Positions 1 through 7,715 of a stretch of DNA of 64,000 nucleotides are shown in pieces. The stretch lies in the IMG/VR virus record IMGVR_UViG_3300037086_000398, positions 4,362-68,361 of that record; one strand, 5' to 3'. A program made the translations under genes and the position numbers. The notes below the pieces were generated by a model. The model saw nothing but the letters and a program-made list of their open reading frames with translations. It did no database searches and was not told where the DNA came from. How positions within the stretch are numbered: position 1 is the stretch's first letter; every line of letters begins with the position of its first letter. The stretch comes from a virus.

Positions 1-2
1 CC

Positions 3-983
3 GCAGCTAGTTCTGTTCTTCCATTCACTGAACTTGGCTTCATTCATCATGACTGGATTGCTGACTCAAACTTCGAAAGCGTTATCTACACAATGAGGCT
101 CGGTGATTTCGGATTCGGAGCGAGTGCAAAACTCCTCTATGTTCCCTTCACTCACTACAACGATTGGGGACTTTCACTTGGAAATGGTTACTATAGTGAG
201 GGGGTCATCACCTTCAACACTTCATACAACTTTTTCTCCAACTACTATTTCTTTGGTCTTGCAGTCGGTTTGAACTCAAAGCTTGCTTATCGGTATGTTC
301 CTTCAAATATTGCTGAGGATCAGTCTACTATTGCTGGAGTTTTTGACATAGGACTTCTTACTCGATTCAATCTTTTCAAGTTCTATTACTCAACTGACAA
401 AAACTTTTCAATAGGTCTCACCGTGAAGAATCTTGGATTTACATCTCTTCAAGAGAATCTTCCAACAATGACCACTGTTGGTTTGGCCTATTCTCCAATC
501 AGACCATTGACTATTGATGTGGATCTCAACTTTCCATTCAGCTTTGACAATAGGTATCCAGCCATGTCTCCTTATTTTGCCATAGGAGCTAACGTCGAAA
601 TGGCAGAGTTTATTTCATTGCAGACTGGGTTTAGAGTGACGGGTGGAGACCCATTTGTTACTCTGGGAGCTTCTGTCAATATAGGCACACTCTCTATTGT
701 TGCCAACTATAATCTCAACCTAGCAAGCTCTGGGTTCGCCGATCAGTTCTCTGTAGAGGCCAAGTTTCAACTCGGTGATTTTGGAAGAGCAGTTGCTAAA
801 GTAAAAGCCGATGAACTTTATCTTGACGGTGTTGAAGCTTTCGCCAATGGAGATTTACTCAAGGCAATTCAGCTCTGGAATGAATGTCTAAGCACATGCC
901 CCAAGTATGATCCTGCAAGAAGCAATATAAAGGTAGCCCAGGATAGCATCAATCTGCAAGAGCAAATGAATCAGGAGTTTTAG
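3..983 (+). CDS. hypothetical protein, 5'-truncated at window edge; beta-strand-rich with C-terminal TPR-like helices
   Basis: Frame is open from nt 3 with no stop upstream of the listed Met at 93. Alternating hydrophobic/aromatic beta-like pattern. C-terminus 'ELYLDGVEAFANGDLLKAIQLWNECL' is TPR-like. Confidence 0.45.
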   Translation, partial: AASSVLPFTELGFIHHDWIADSNFESVIYTMRLGDFGFGASAKLLYVPFTHYNDWGLSLGNGYYSEGVITFNTSYNFFSNYYFFGLAVGLNSKLAYRYVPSNIAEDQSTIAGVFDIGLLTRFNLFKFYYSTDKNFSIGLTVKNLGFTSLQENLPTMTTVGLAYSPIRPLTIDVDLNFPFSFDNRYPAMSPYFAIGANVEMAEFISLQTGFRVTGGDPFVTLGASVNIGTLSIVANYNLNLASSGFADQFSVEAKFQLGDFGRAVAKVKADELYLDGVEAFANGDLLKAIQLWNECLSTCPKYDPARSNIKVAQDSINLQEQMNQEF

Positions 984-1210
984 TGTCTTATCATAGATTT
1001 ACTAAACTTCGGATGATTGGAGCGAGGTGTGGGAACTGCAAAAACTTCAATGCGAAAGAAAGTCTCTGTGAGAGAATCATCAATCCGGCAAACAAACAGA
1101 AAGATTTCGTTATTGCAGGGCCTACTGTGGAGTCTGAGCTCTGCATTTGGTGGGAGGATGATGGGTCGCTCTCAGGAAGCCAAAGTCCTTCTACTCGGTC
1201 CAACGTGTGA
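983..1210 (+). CDS. small Cys-containing protein, possible divergent SCR-family member
   Basis: 'IGARCGNCKNF...C...CIWWED' loosely resembles the family pattern; ATGA-coupled to the upstream gene. Confidence 0.35.
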   Translation: MSYHRFTKLRMIGARCGNCKNFNAKESLCERIINPANKQKDFVIAGPTVESELCIWWEDDGSLSGSQSPSTRSNV

Positions 1211-1463
1211 TAATTGCCTAAGAAGCCTTCCAGCACAGTTTCTCATTATAGATGCTAAAGACGAACAATGTTGTGGGCTTGTCATAGACGCCGGAACCGA
1301 ACCAAACTCCTATCTGATTCGCTATCACTTTCCTCCTGAGAAGAGTTGTGATCATTGGGAAGAAAAGAAGCAAGAGCTCTTTCGTCGCAAGAAGTTTCTT
1401 CGTATTAGAAAAGCTTTGCAAAAGCTATCAAACATTAAAGTTGGACAATGGATTGGAATGTGA
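1158..1463 (+). CDS. SCR-family small Cys4 protein
   Basis: 'AKVLLLGPTCDNC...CC...SCDHWEE'. Start chosen at the internal Met; the track ORF 1017-1463 has a longer N-terminus. Confidence 0.5.
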   Translation: MMGRSQEAKVLLLGPTCDNCLRSLPAQFLIIDAKDEQCCGLVIDAGTEPNSYLIRYHFPPEKSCDHWEEKKQELFRRKKFLRIRKALQKLSNIKVGQWIGM

Positions 1464-1639
1464 AAACATCACAAGCTGCTAAAAATCATCTTGAAGGAAA
1501 AACATGTAATACATGTCCAAACAACATCGACAATGTGTGCCGATTTGCCAGCAATAATCGACCACTTCCAAAGAAGAAAACTTGCAAAAACTGGGGACTA
1601 TGGACCATGATCTATATGGGTGGAAATAAGATTTTATGA
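1448..1639 (+). CDS. SCR-family small Cys4 protein
   Basis: 'AAKNHLEGKTCNTC..C...TCKNW'. Confidence 0.7.
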   Translation: MDWNVKTSQAAKNHLEGKTCNTCPNNIDNVCRFASNNRPLPKKKTCKNWGLWTMIYMGGNKIL

Positions 1640-1833
1640 CAGAGACAGAACTAGCAAAGGCATTTTTATCGGATCAGATTTGTGATACATGCAAAACTTT
1701 CAAAAACAAGGGAGCGTGCATGATTTTTACACCATACGGTCCAACTGGAACACTACTTTGGAAAAAAATGGAAGCCAGAGGAACATGTGAGCATTGGAGA
1801 GAAAAGGAGATTCGACCCGGTGATTTCGAATGA
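1636..1833 (+). CDS. SCR-family small Cys4 protein
   Basis: 'LAKAFLSDQICDTC..C...GTCEHW'; ATGA overlap with the previous gene. Confidence 0.7.
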   Translation: MTETELAKAFLSDQICDTCKTFKNKGACMIFTPYGPTGTLLWKKMEARGTCEHWREKEIRPGDFE

Positions 1834-2080
1834 TGTTGTAGCGAAAAATCTTCTCGAGGGCAAAAACTGTGACGCGTGTTGGCATGGAAACAGTCTGAAC
1901 AAGAACTGTAATCTCTTGCTTGATGTCGTCCATGAAAAGTGGCTGGACGAGATGAGGAAAAAGAGAGCAGCTGGAATAACATACGCAATCAATGACGACA
2001 ACGATTATGTATCTTTGATGAGAGATCGACCAGAAATCTATACTTGTAGACGATGGGAGAAAAATCATCCACATGTCTGA
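1787..2080 (+). CDS. SCR-family small Cys4 protein (start uncertain)
   Basis: 'VAKNLLEGKNCDAC..C...YTCRRW'. The only in-frame ATG is at 1787, overlapping the previous gene by 47 nt; an in-frame GTG lies at 1820. Confidence 0.55.
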   Translation: MSIGEKRRFDPVISNDVVAKNLLEGKNCDACWHGNSLNKNCNLLLDVVHEKWLDEMRKKRAAGITYAINDDNDYVSLMRDRPEIYTCRRWEKNHPHV

Positions 2081-2264
2081 TGATCAAATCGCTAAAAATC
2101 TATTGAGTGGCAAAGGATGCAACACTTGCAAGGTTAATAAACAGGACCGACATTGTTTCACTTGGTGGGGAGAGGCTATTGGATGGCAATGGGAAAGAAT
2201 GCATGAGAGTGGAACTTGCGATCAGTGGGCACTAAATGAAATAGATGTAGCATTCATCAGATGA
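2073..2264 (+). CDS. SCR-family small Cys4 protein
   Basis: 'IAKNLLSGKGCNTC..C...GTCDQW'. Confidence 0.7.
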   Translation: MSDDQIAKNLLSGKGCNTCKVNKQDRHCFTWWGEAIGWQWERMHESGTCDQWALNEIDVAFIR

Positions 2265-2389
2265 ATGAGATAACAGAGGCTAAACATCTTTTACTCAATC
2301 AGCTGTGTAAAACCTGTAAATGGTGTTCAGTGACGGAGCGGCCAGCGTGGGACATGAATGGTAATCCTTTTCGAGAAGTTGTATGTTAG
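2261..2389 (+). CDS. truncated SCR-family member (43 aa)
   Basis: 'MNEITEAKHLLLNQLCKTCKWC...' has the N-terminal helix and CxxC but lacks the C-terminal TCxxW; ATGA-coupled. Confidence 0.4.
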   Translation: MNEITEAKHLLLNQLCKTCKWCSVTERPAWDMNGNPFREVVC

Positions 2390-2478
2390 AAATGTGCGCG
2401 CGAATATCATATAATTGAGCATCAACAGATCTATAATCCAAACAAAATCACTATGATGAGAGTTGAACCTTTTGATTT

Positions 2479-2736
2479 TTGTCAATATTGGCAGGAGAAA
2501 AAATGAAAGAGAACGCACCCTATTTTACTGATATGGATCTTTCAGCAGATGTTTATGCTAAGCGACTCATTCTTGGAAAGATTTGTGAGAACTGCAGAAA
2601 TTGTTCAGTCAGCAGTCACTGGTCAAAATGGACACAACAAACCATGCACTCTTATTCTTGTGAACTTGACAAGAGAAAATCAAGAGGACAATCAGTCAGT
2701 CGTGAAGATACCTGCCATCATTGGAAACAACGATGA
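2479..2736 (+). CDS. SCR-family small Cys4 protein
   Basis: 'VYAKRLILGKICENCRNC...C...DTCHHW'; likely start at the Met at 2503. Confidence 0.6.
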   Translation: MSILAGEKMKENAPYFTDMDLSADVYAKRLILGKICENCRNCSVSSHWSKWTQQTMHSYSCELDKRKSRGQSVSREDTCHHWKQR

Positions 2737-2957
2737 TAGAAGAGCCAGCTACCCTGGCAAAACGTCTCCTCATTGGAAAATGTTGCATGTTTTGCAAACA
2801 TTGTATTTATCGAGAAGAACCTGTTCATGATCCAAAGACTAAAGAAGTTGTCCGAACTATTCTATGGAAATGCCATTGTAGATGGCCATCGTCGCCTGCC
2901 GATGTATTTCCAGTCGAGCCCGAATACTATTGCAATCATTTCGAACCAAGGTTATAA
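2721..2957 (+). CDS. SCR-family small Cys-rich protein
   Basis: 'LAKRLLIGKCCMFCKHC...CHC...C'. Confidence 0.55.
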   Translation: METTMIEEPATLAKRLLIGKCCMFCKHCIYREEPVHDPKTKEVVRTILWKCHCRWPSSPADVFPVEPEYYCNHFEPRL

Positions 2958-3079
2958 GCATATTTCATCACAAATGTATGCCGGTACACGTAAAACCGAT
3001 TCCATATAGAGTCATAGGATATCCTCGTTTCAGATTTTGGCTGCTCACTTTGTTTGGTGAGATTGATTTTGTCGATAGA

Positions 3080-3610
3080 ATGAAGGCAAAGATCGATGAA
3101 ATCAATAGAGCAGAAAAAACTGCTTGGATCGCAACAAAACCAAAAGTAGCTCCTAGACCACAAAGTCGCATGCCAGTTTTATTTCCTCAAGTGAATGGTC
3201 CAAACTCTTACTCTCGAGAAGAGATAGAGGAAATGTACCATAAGAATCGTATTTCTCCTGTTAATCCTGACGTGCAGATTCAGGAGTTAGGAAATGGCAG
3301 ACGTCTCATTAAAGTGGATGTTTCAAAGGGATCAAAAAAGAAGGTAAGTGAAAAACTTACTAAGATAAGGGATGATCTCAAAAGAGAAGCAGAAGATGAG
3401 CTCAAAAACGATTTGAGTGGAGTATATGATCAAGATTTGAATAGTCCAAAATTTCGAGCAACTCTAAATGAACAGTTGGCATTGGCTGGACTGAGGACGT
3501 TGCCAGACAATGTTATTACCAACAGAAGAAAACCGATAAAAAAGGAAGAGTTCCCACTTGACGGAATTGGAGATAGTAAATTCAGCAAAAAGCCTTCTAG
3601 AAGGACGTAG
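3080..3610 (+). CDS. hypothetical charged/helical protein
   Basis: ORF 2882-3610 with the first plausible Met at 3080 ('MKAKIDEINRAEK'); Lys/Glu-rich. Confidence 0.4.
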   Translation: MKAKIDEINRAEKTAWIATKPKVAPRPQSRMPVLFPQVNGPNSYSREEIEEMYHKNRISPVNPDVQIQELGNGRRLIKVDVSKGSKKKVSEKLTKIRDDLKREAEDELKNDLSGVYDQDLNSPKFRATLNEQLALAGLRTLPDNVITNRRKPIKKEEFPLDGIGDSKFSKKPSRRT

Positions 3611-3788
3611 TTGCATCAACTGTCTCTTCCAATTGGCATGGATTCCTCCTTTTCCTAATGATCCAGACTTTAGGTTCTGCACTAACTTCAAACTAAAAGA
3701 CAGACCTTCAGAAAATATTTGTGATAAATACATTTATGACGACCTTATATTAGAAAATGGTGAACGATTTCCACATCACTATGAATAA
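3558..3788 (+). CDS. SCR-family small Cys4 protein
   Basis: 'SAKSLLEGRSCINC..C...ICDKY'; overlaps the previous gene in the +1 frame. Confidence 0.6.
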   Translation: MTELEIVNSAKSLLEGRSCINCLFQLAWIPPFPNDPDFRFCTNFKLKDRPSENICDKYIYDDLILENGERFPHHYE

Positions 3789-3960
3789 AGAAATATGGGC
3801 CGCCCAAATAGCTAATGCTCTTCTCAGTGGTAGAACATGTGATGCATGTGCTTTTGGTGTTCATCTAGGAATTGGATCCTATTGTTCAAAGCAAGGAGAT
3901 CATTTCTACACAAAAGTGCCATATGGCAGGACTTGTAAAAAATGGACACTGTACAGATAG
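3781..3960 (+). CDS. SCR-family small Cys4 protein
   Basis: 'IANALLSGRTCDAC..C...RTCKKW'. Confidence 0.65.
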   Translation: MNKEIWAAQIANALLSGRTCDACAFGVHLGIGSYCSKQGDHFYTKVPYGRTCKKWTLYR

Positions 3961-4100
3961 CCAAGGCTCTTCTTGAAGGCAAGGGTTGTGATACATGTAA
4001 ACATGCTTATTACGACGTTTTAGGATTTCTCTGCAAACATCAAGGTCAATATGATTTTAGCAGACCAGATACTGGAACTTGCAAAGAGTGGGAAAGATGA
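3942..4100 (+). CDS. SCR-family small Cys4 protein (52 aa)
   Basis: 'IAKALLEGKGCDTC..C...GTCKEWER'; this is below the 60-aa ORF-track cutoff and was found by hand. Stop overlaps the next start (ATGA). Confidence 0.65.
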   Translation: MDTVQIAKALLEGKGCDTCKHAYYDVLGFLCKHQGQYDFSRPDTGTCKEWER

Positions 4101-4366
4101 AAACTAATGAGATAGCCAAAAGGCTTCTCGAAGAAAAAGGTTGCAAAGATTGTACCTATGCAATCAACTGTAATTTTCGTAAGAAAGACAAATCTCTTGT
4201 TACGTGTGAAAGATGGGTGAAGTTTAAAGAAGGGGTGTTCCCAATGGCCCCTGCAGAAGACAAGATCTACTATCAAAAACTAGTTTATAGGAATGGAGAT
4301 GGAAAAAGACAATCTAGACAAACTAGCAAAAAATCTCCTCGAAGAAAAGATTTGCCGAGTTTGTGA
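4097..4366 (+). CDS. SCR-family small Cys4 protein
   Basis: 'IAKRLLEEKGCKDC..C...VTCERW'. Confidence 0.6.
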   Translation: MKTNEIAKRLLEEKGCKDCTYAINCNFRKKDKSLVTCERWVKFKEGVFPMAPAEDKIYYQKLVYRNGDGKRQSRQTSKKSPRRKDLPSL

Positions 4367-4610
4367 AAACTCTCGAGGCAAACATTGTATCCTCAACACA
4401 AAAGAGAGTAGGTTTGCTTTTTCAGAAGAGGGCACGTGTGAACTGTGGAAAGAAAAAGATAAAATGACTCGGGACAGAATCAAAACTATGGGAGAGGAGG
4501 CAACTCTTTTGATGGATGTGGCTGATAAGATTTTGGAACAATATAAGAAGGAAGAAAAAGAAAGACAAAATGGACAATCAGATTTGGAAAGTAGCAAAAG
4601 AACTTCTTGA
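4293..4610 (+). CDS. SCR-family small Cys4 protein with charged C-terminal tail
   Basis: 'LAKNLLEEKICRVC..C...GTCELW' followed by a Lys/Glu-rich tail. Confidence 0.6.
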   Translation: MEMEKDNLDKLAKNLLEEKICRVCENSRGKHCILNTKESRFAFSEEGTCELWKEKDKMTRDRIKTMGEEATLLMDVADKILEQYKKEEKERQNGQSDLESSKRTS

Positions 4611-4878
4611 AGGAAAAATCGAAGTCACTTATGACGGCGCATATCCTAACTCATGTTCTGGTACTCTCACCATCACGATCAATGATCAGATCATTTATGA
4701 AAAGCATGGCTGTTGTCACTCAACCGGTAGTGTAAGCTTTACTCCAGACTGGGAAGAGATTGTCGATAGTAGTGGCAGTTTGATTTGGGATGATGCCGAC
4801 AAGGCTAATGACAGGGTCAGAGAAGCTGTCGAAAAGGTTCTCTCTGGAATCAATGTCTGCTGTGGAGGATGTGTTTAG
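4570..4878 (+). CDS. chimeric protein: SCR-family N-terminal helix joined to a different Cys-rich C-terminal domain
   Basis: 'MDNQIWKVAKELLEGK' is followed by 'YDGAYPNSCSG...HGCCHSTG...INVCCGGCV'. The family CxxC/TCxxW pattern is absent. Confidence 0.45.
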   Translation: MDNQIWKVAKELLEGKIEVTYDGAYPNSCSGTLTITINDQIIYEKHGCCHSTGSVSFTPDWEEIVDSSGSLIWDDADKANDRVREAVEKVLSGINVCCGGCV

Positions 4879-4907
4879 AGCGATGCGGTCAGGGCATATA
4901 ATCTATC

Positions 4908-5489
4908 ATGGACCGAATAGACTGCTACATGATTTTGGGCATATCATCTGAGGCTTCCGCCGAGGACATCAAGTCTGCCTATAGGCAGAAGGCTATTCAA
5001 TTCCATCCTGATCACAATCCCGATAAAGCAGCCACCGAGATGTTCAAGCGTCTCACAGAAGCCTACAATGCTTTGATGGGGGTGACTTCTGTAAAGAGGG
5101 AAACTTCTCAATCTCGTCCGACTCAGTCAAAATATGAATCATATGATGAAGAGAAGGAACAAGACTACGACTATGATGATGGTTGGGTGAAGGGGAAGAG
5201 GTGGAACCCCAATCAATCTTCTTCCAAAAAGAAACACTACGAGAAATACACTCAGCCCAATGAACCAACTGCCACCCTTGCATGCAAAGCCAGCGTGGGT
5301 TCTTTTCATCGAGATCTTTACAGAAACCGACTTCTGGCTCTGAGAGCCAATCTCAAGGATTTTGATCCAAAGGGAACGATGACTTGGGATGAAGATTGGC
5401 GAACTCTCATATCGTATTTTTCCATCAAGATCGTCACAAAAGAGAGTCTCTGTCGCGCTTTCGACAAAGTAATGAAGAGCTGGGTCTAG
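4908..5489 (+). CDS. J-domain protein (DnaJ-like co-chaperone, J domain only)
   Basis: 'DCYMILGISSEASAEDIKSAYRQKAIQFHPDHNP' contains the canonical HPD J-domain motif. Confidence 0.7.
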   Translation: MDRIDCYMILGISSEASAEDIKSAYRQKAIQFHPDHNPDKAATEMFKRLTEAYNALMGVTSVKRETSQSRPTQSKYESYDEEKEQDYDYDDGWVKGKRWNPNQSSSKKKHYEKYTQPNEPTATLACKASVGSFHRDLYRNRLLALRANLKDFDPKGTMTWDEDWRTLISYFSIKIVTKESLCRAFDKVMKSWV

Positions 5490-5532
5490 AGGGGCATTTT
5501 AGAGCAATTGCTCCAAAGCATATAATCTCTAT

Positions 5533-5835
5533 ATGGAAACAAACGAAGCAGTCGAGATGCTCCAATCCAAGATGAATGCTGGAGAAGGTGATCAGCGCGG
5601 AGACATGAAGCTTCCGATGCAAATAGGGGCTCTCAACCGCAGGAATCTCCGTTTCGCTCTTGAAAATCTGAAGGATGATATTGAGGCCGAGGATCTTGAG
5701 TGTTCCGTCTCGATCATAGAAAACAAAAGCCTGATCAGCTCTCTTTTCTGGGTCAAGCTTCACAATGCCACGGTGAGAGTGATGCTCGCCACTTCTCTTT
5801 CGATTGTCGATTTCGTTGATCGCTACAACAGCTAA
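5533..5835 (+). CDS. hypothetical protein
   Basis: ORF in the prevailing + orientation; an antisense ORF at 5434-5892 competes with it. Confidence 0.3.
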   Translation: METNEAVEMLQSKMNAGEGDQRGDMKLPMQIGALNRRNLRFALENLKDDIEAEDLECSVSIIENKSLISSLFWVKLHNATVRVMLATSLSIVDFVDRYNS

Positions 5836-5846
5836 AGGAGAAAATA

Positions 5847-6263
5847 ATGGGTTGGAAACAACAGATTCCTTGGGACAAGTATACTTGGGCAATGTATGCT
5901 GCGGGCGACAAAGATGGTCACTGGCAGATGTTCCGAGACGAGCCTCTTTGTGACGAGTGGAAGGGTTTTTGGTGGCATTCCATATTCGATCCGAAGACTG
6001 TCAACGAAGCCGATCTCACCGTCAAGATTCCATATACTGGTGACTGGAAGAACTCTCTGACCGTCCGTCCTGGAATGGAAGAGAAGCTCGGCAAGAAAAT
6101 CGCCAAAGCTCAAGCTGTTCGTGAGGCTGCAAGAGCCAAGGAAGATGCAGAGCAGAAGGCCATACTCAAGAGTGACGAGAAAGAGACTGTCACAAAGGTG
6201 GTCGATGCCTCGTTGGAACAGCCTCCCAAGCGGAAGCGTGGCCGACCTCGGAAGGTAAAGTAG
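5847..6263 (+). CDS. hypothetical protein with C-terminal AT-hook-like basic tail
   Basis: Trp-rich N-terminus; C-terminus '...PPKRKRGRPRKVK' has the GRP AT-hook motif. Confidence 0.45.
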   Translation: MGWKQQIPWDKYTWAMYAAGDKDGHWQMFRDEPLCDEWKGFWWHSIFDPKTVNEADLTVKIPYTGDWKNSLTVRPGMEEKLGKKIAKAQAVREAARAKEDAEQKAILKSDEKETVTKVVDASLEQPPKRKRGRPRKVK

Positions 6264-6273
6264 GGAGGGTCAG

Positions 6274-6480
6274 ATGAAACTCTTTTTGGCGGACATTTAC
6301 TACACAGAACGTTGGTATGAATCGAACGAGGAGAAGAAGCACCACGCCATCCATCTAGTCAAGGCTGAGAACGAAGACCAGGCGAAGGAAAAGGCTGAGC
6401 GCTTCATCGAAGCCAAGACCAGTGCGTATAGCGTCTACTACGACGTGGTCTCGTGTGTCGTCACGGAGACGATTGAGTGA
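6274..6480 (+). CDS. hypothetical protein
   Basis: 68-aa ORF in + orientation. Confidence 0.3.
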   Translation: MKLFLADIYYTERWYESNEEKKHHAIHLVKAENEDQAKEKAERFIEAKTSAYSVYYDVVSCVVTETIE

Positions 6481-6643
6481 TGTGGATGAAGACTCTCAAA
6501 GCTTGGATGGAACGCAGAAAGCAGAAGAAACAGAGTATTAAAGCTTTCAATGGGGTTCGTCAAGCCAGAGAGTTCAACGAAAAGCTTCTTGAGTTATCTC
6601 GGCAAGAACGAGAACGCTCAGAATATGAACAGTGATCATAATA

Positions 6644-6667
6644 GCCCCTCGAAAGAGGGGTTTTTTA
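6644..6667 (+). terminator. rho-independent terminator (CCCCTC-GAAA-GAGGGG family)
   Basis: Hairpin cccctc/gaaa/gagggg followed by TTTTTT. Confidence 0.7.
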
Positions 6668-6758
6668 TTTCTGCGGTGCAAGCATCTGCTTGCGGCATGA
6701 GCATATTTCATCACATAATAAGCTACCGTAAAGGTGCTAAAAGAAGAAGGAGTTAAGA

Positions 6759-6917
6759 ATGGCAACGAAGAAGATTACTGGAGTTTCCTACGAGTCCGCT
6801 CGCGAGATGTGGCGCGCGCGCCCGACGATCAATGGTCGCAGGGTGCATCTGGGCTACTTCACCTCGGAGCGCAAGGCCATCGCCGCCGTCCGCGCGGGCC
6901 TCACCAACACTCGCTAA
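6759..6917 (+). CDS. small AP2-domain DNA-binding protein (52 aa) on a GC-rich island
   Basis: 'GVSYESAREMWRARPTINGRRVHLGYFTSERKAIAAVRAGL' resembles the AP2 beta-sheet motif. GC content is far above the surrounding sequence, and terminators flank it on both sides. Confidence 0.5.
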   Translation: MATKKITGVSYESAREMWRARPTINGRRVHLGYFTSERKAIAAVRAGLTNTR

Positions 6918-6941
6918 TCGCAGCGAGTATCTTTCCTTCCA

Positions 6942-6971
6942 GGGCTGAGAGTTCCTCTCAGCCCTTTTTTG
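6942..6971 (+). terminator. rho-independent terminator
   Basis: Hairpin 'gggctgagag-ttcc-tctcagccc' followed by TTTTTT. Confidence 0.65.
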
Positions 6972-7011
6972 TCTAACGTGTATTTTTCCGGCAGGCATAT
7001 TTCATTCAGAG

Positions 7012-7236
7012 GTGAGTATGATCTTTCATCGACACAAATACGATAAGGTTCAGAACGATGGCTATCAATATTGCACTAAGTGTGGCAGAGCCATTCTCGC
7101 TCCATGCAATCACAAATGGAAACTCATCCATGACATCAAAATGGACGGGTGGGACCCCTCTGGTACGATGTGGATTTTCAAGAAAGTATATGAGTGTGAA
7201 ACGTGCCACGCCGTCAGAACTGAGACCATTGTGTGA
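7012..7236 (+). CDS. small zinc-ribbon protein
   Basis: 'CTKCGRA...CNHKW...CETCHAV' gives paired CxxC motifs. Confidence 0.45.
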   Translation: MSMIFHRHKYDKVQNDGYQYCTKCGRAILAPCNHKWKLIHDIKMDGWDPSGTMWIFKKVYECETCHAVRTETIV

Positions 7237-7418
7237 AAGACACTACACCAAGAAAACTCTTTGATATCTCTTGTTTCATTTCTGCTGGAGGTATTATAGC
7301 TCTCGGTGTGCTTACTATTATCTTCCATTTCTCCCTCTTCTATCTAGCAATTCCACTTGTACTTCCGGCAGTATTAGTAATGAGTATGGTTTTATACGCT
7401 TGGTTCAAATCAAGCTGA
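7233..7418 (+). CDS. small membrane protein
   Basis: Two hydrophobic helices; ATGA-coupled. Confidence 0.35.
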   Translation: MKDTTPRKLFDISCFISAGGIIALGVLTIIFHFSLFYLAIPLVLPAVLVMSMVLYAWFKSS

Positions 7419-7429
7419 AGGAGAGTGAT

Positions 7430-7714
7430 ATGTTGCTTACTACTATGGATGAAAAATTAAAGATTCAAAAGATCAAGGAGATCATTGATGATGGTGTTAT
7501 TTTTGCCTATGATGATAGGGCTGAAAGGATCTATGGAGTCATCACCGACAGAAGCAGTCACTATGATTTACATCCTCTCACTAAGTTGAGTATGCTTGTT
7601 GAAGAGCTCGAAGATTCACTTGAAAGAAATCATGATTCTCCAAGAGATTTTTTGAACGATTCAACAAGACGGCTACAGTTGATCAGAGAAGAACTAGAAA
7701 AACAGGGAGTATGA
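7430..7714 (+). CDS. hypothetical protein
   Basis: ORF 7271-7714 with an internal Met at 7430 after 'ggagagtgat'. Confidence 0.3.
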   Translation: MLLTTMDEKLKIQKIKEIIDDGVIFAYDDRAERIYGVITDRSSHYDLHPLTKLSMLVEELEDSLERNHDSPRDFLNDSTRRLQLIREELEKQGV

Positions 7715-7715
7715 A

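Noticed and set aside
3-983. A host gene marking a prophage boundary at the window start
   Set aside because: No integrase, att repeat or change in gene density or orientation was seen. Composition and coupling (ATGA at 983) match the phage genes, so it was kept as a phage ORF of unknown function.
983-4878. Possible CRISPR array, suggested by the regular ~190-nt periodicity with a conserved ~40-nt segment
   Set aside because: The conserved segments are in-frame coding sequence (the N-terminus of each small ORF). They are not identical repeats, the units have variable length, and each unit encodes a full ORF with stop/start coupling. This is a paralogous gene array, not repeat-spacer architecture.
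5434-5892. 152-aa minus-strand ORF overlapping 5533-5835 (+)
   Set aside because: It is opposite to the uniform + orientation of the neighbourhood and overlaps the 3' end of the J-domain gene. Neither ORF has motif support; the + ORF was retained at low confidence.
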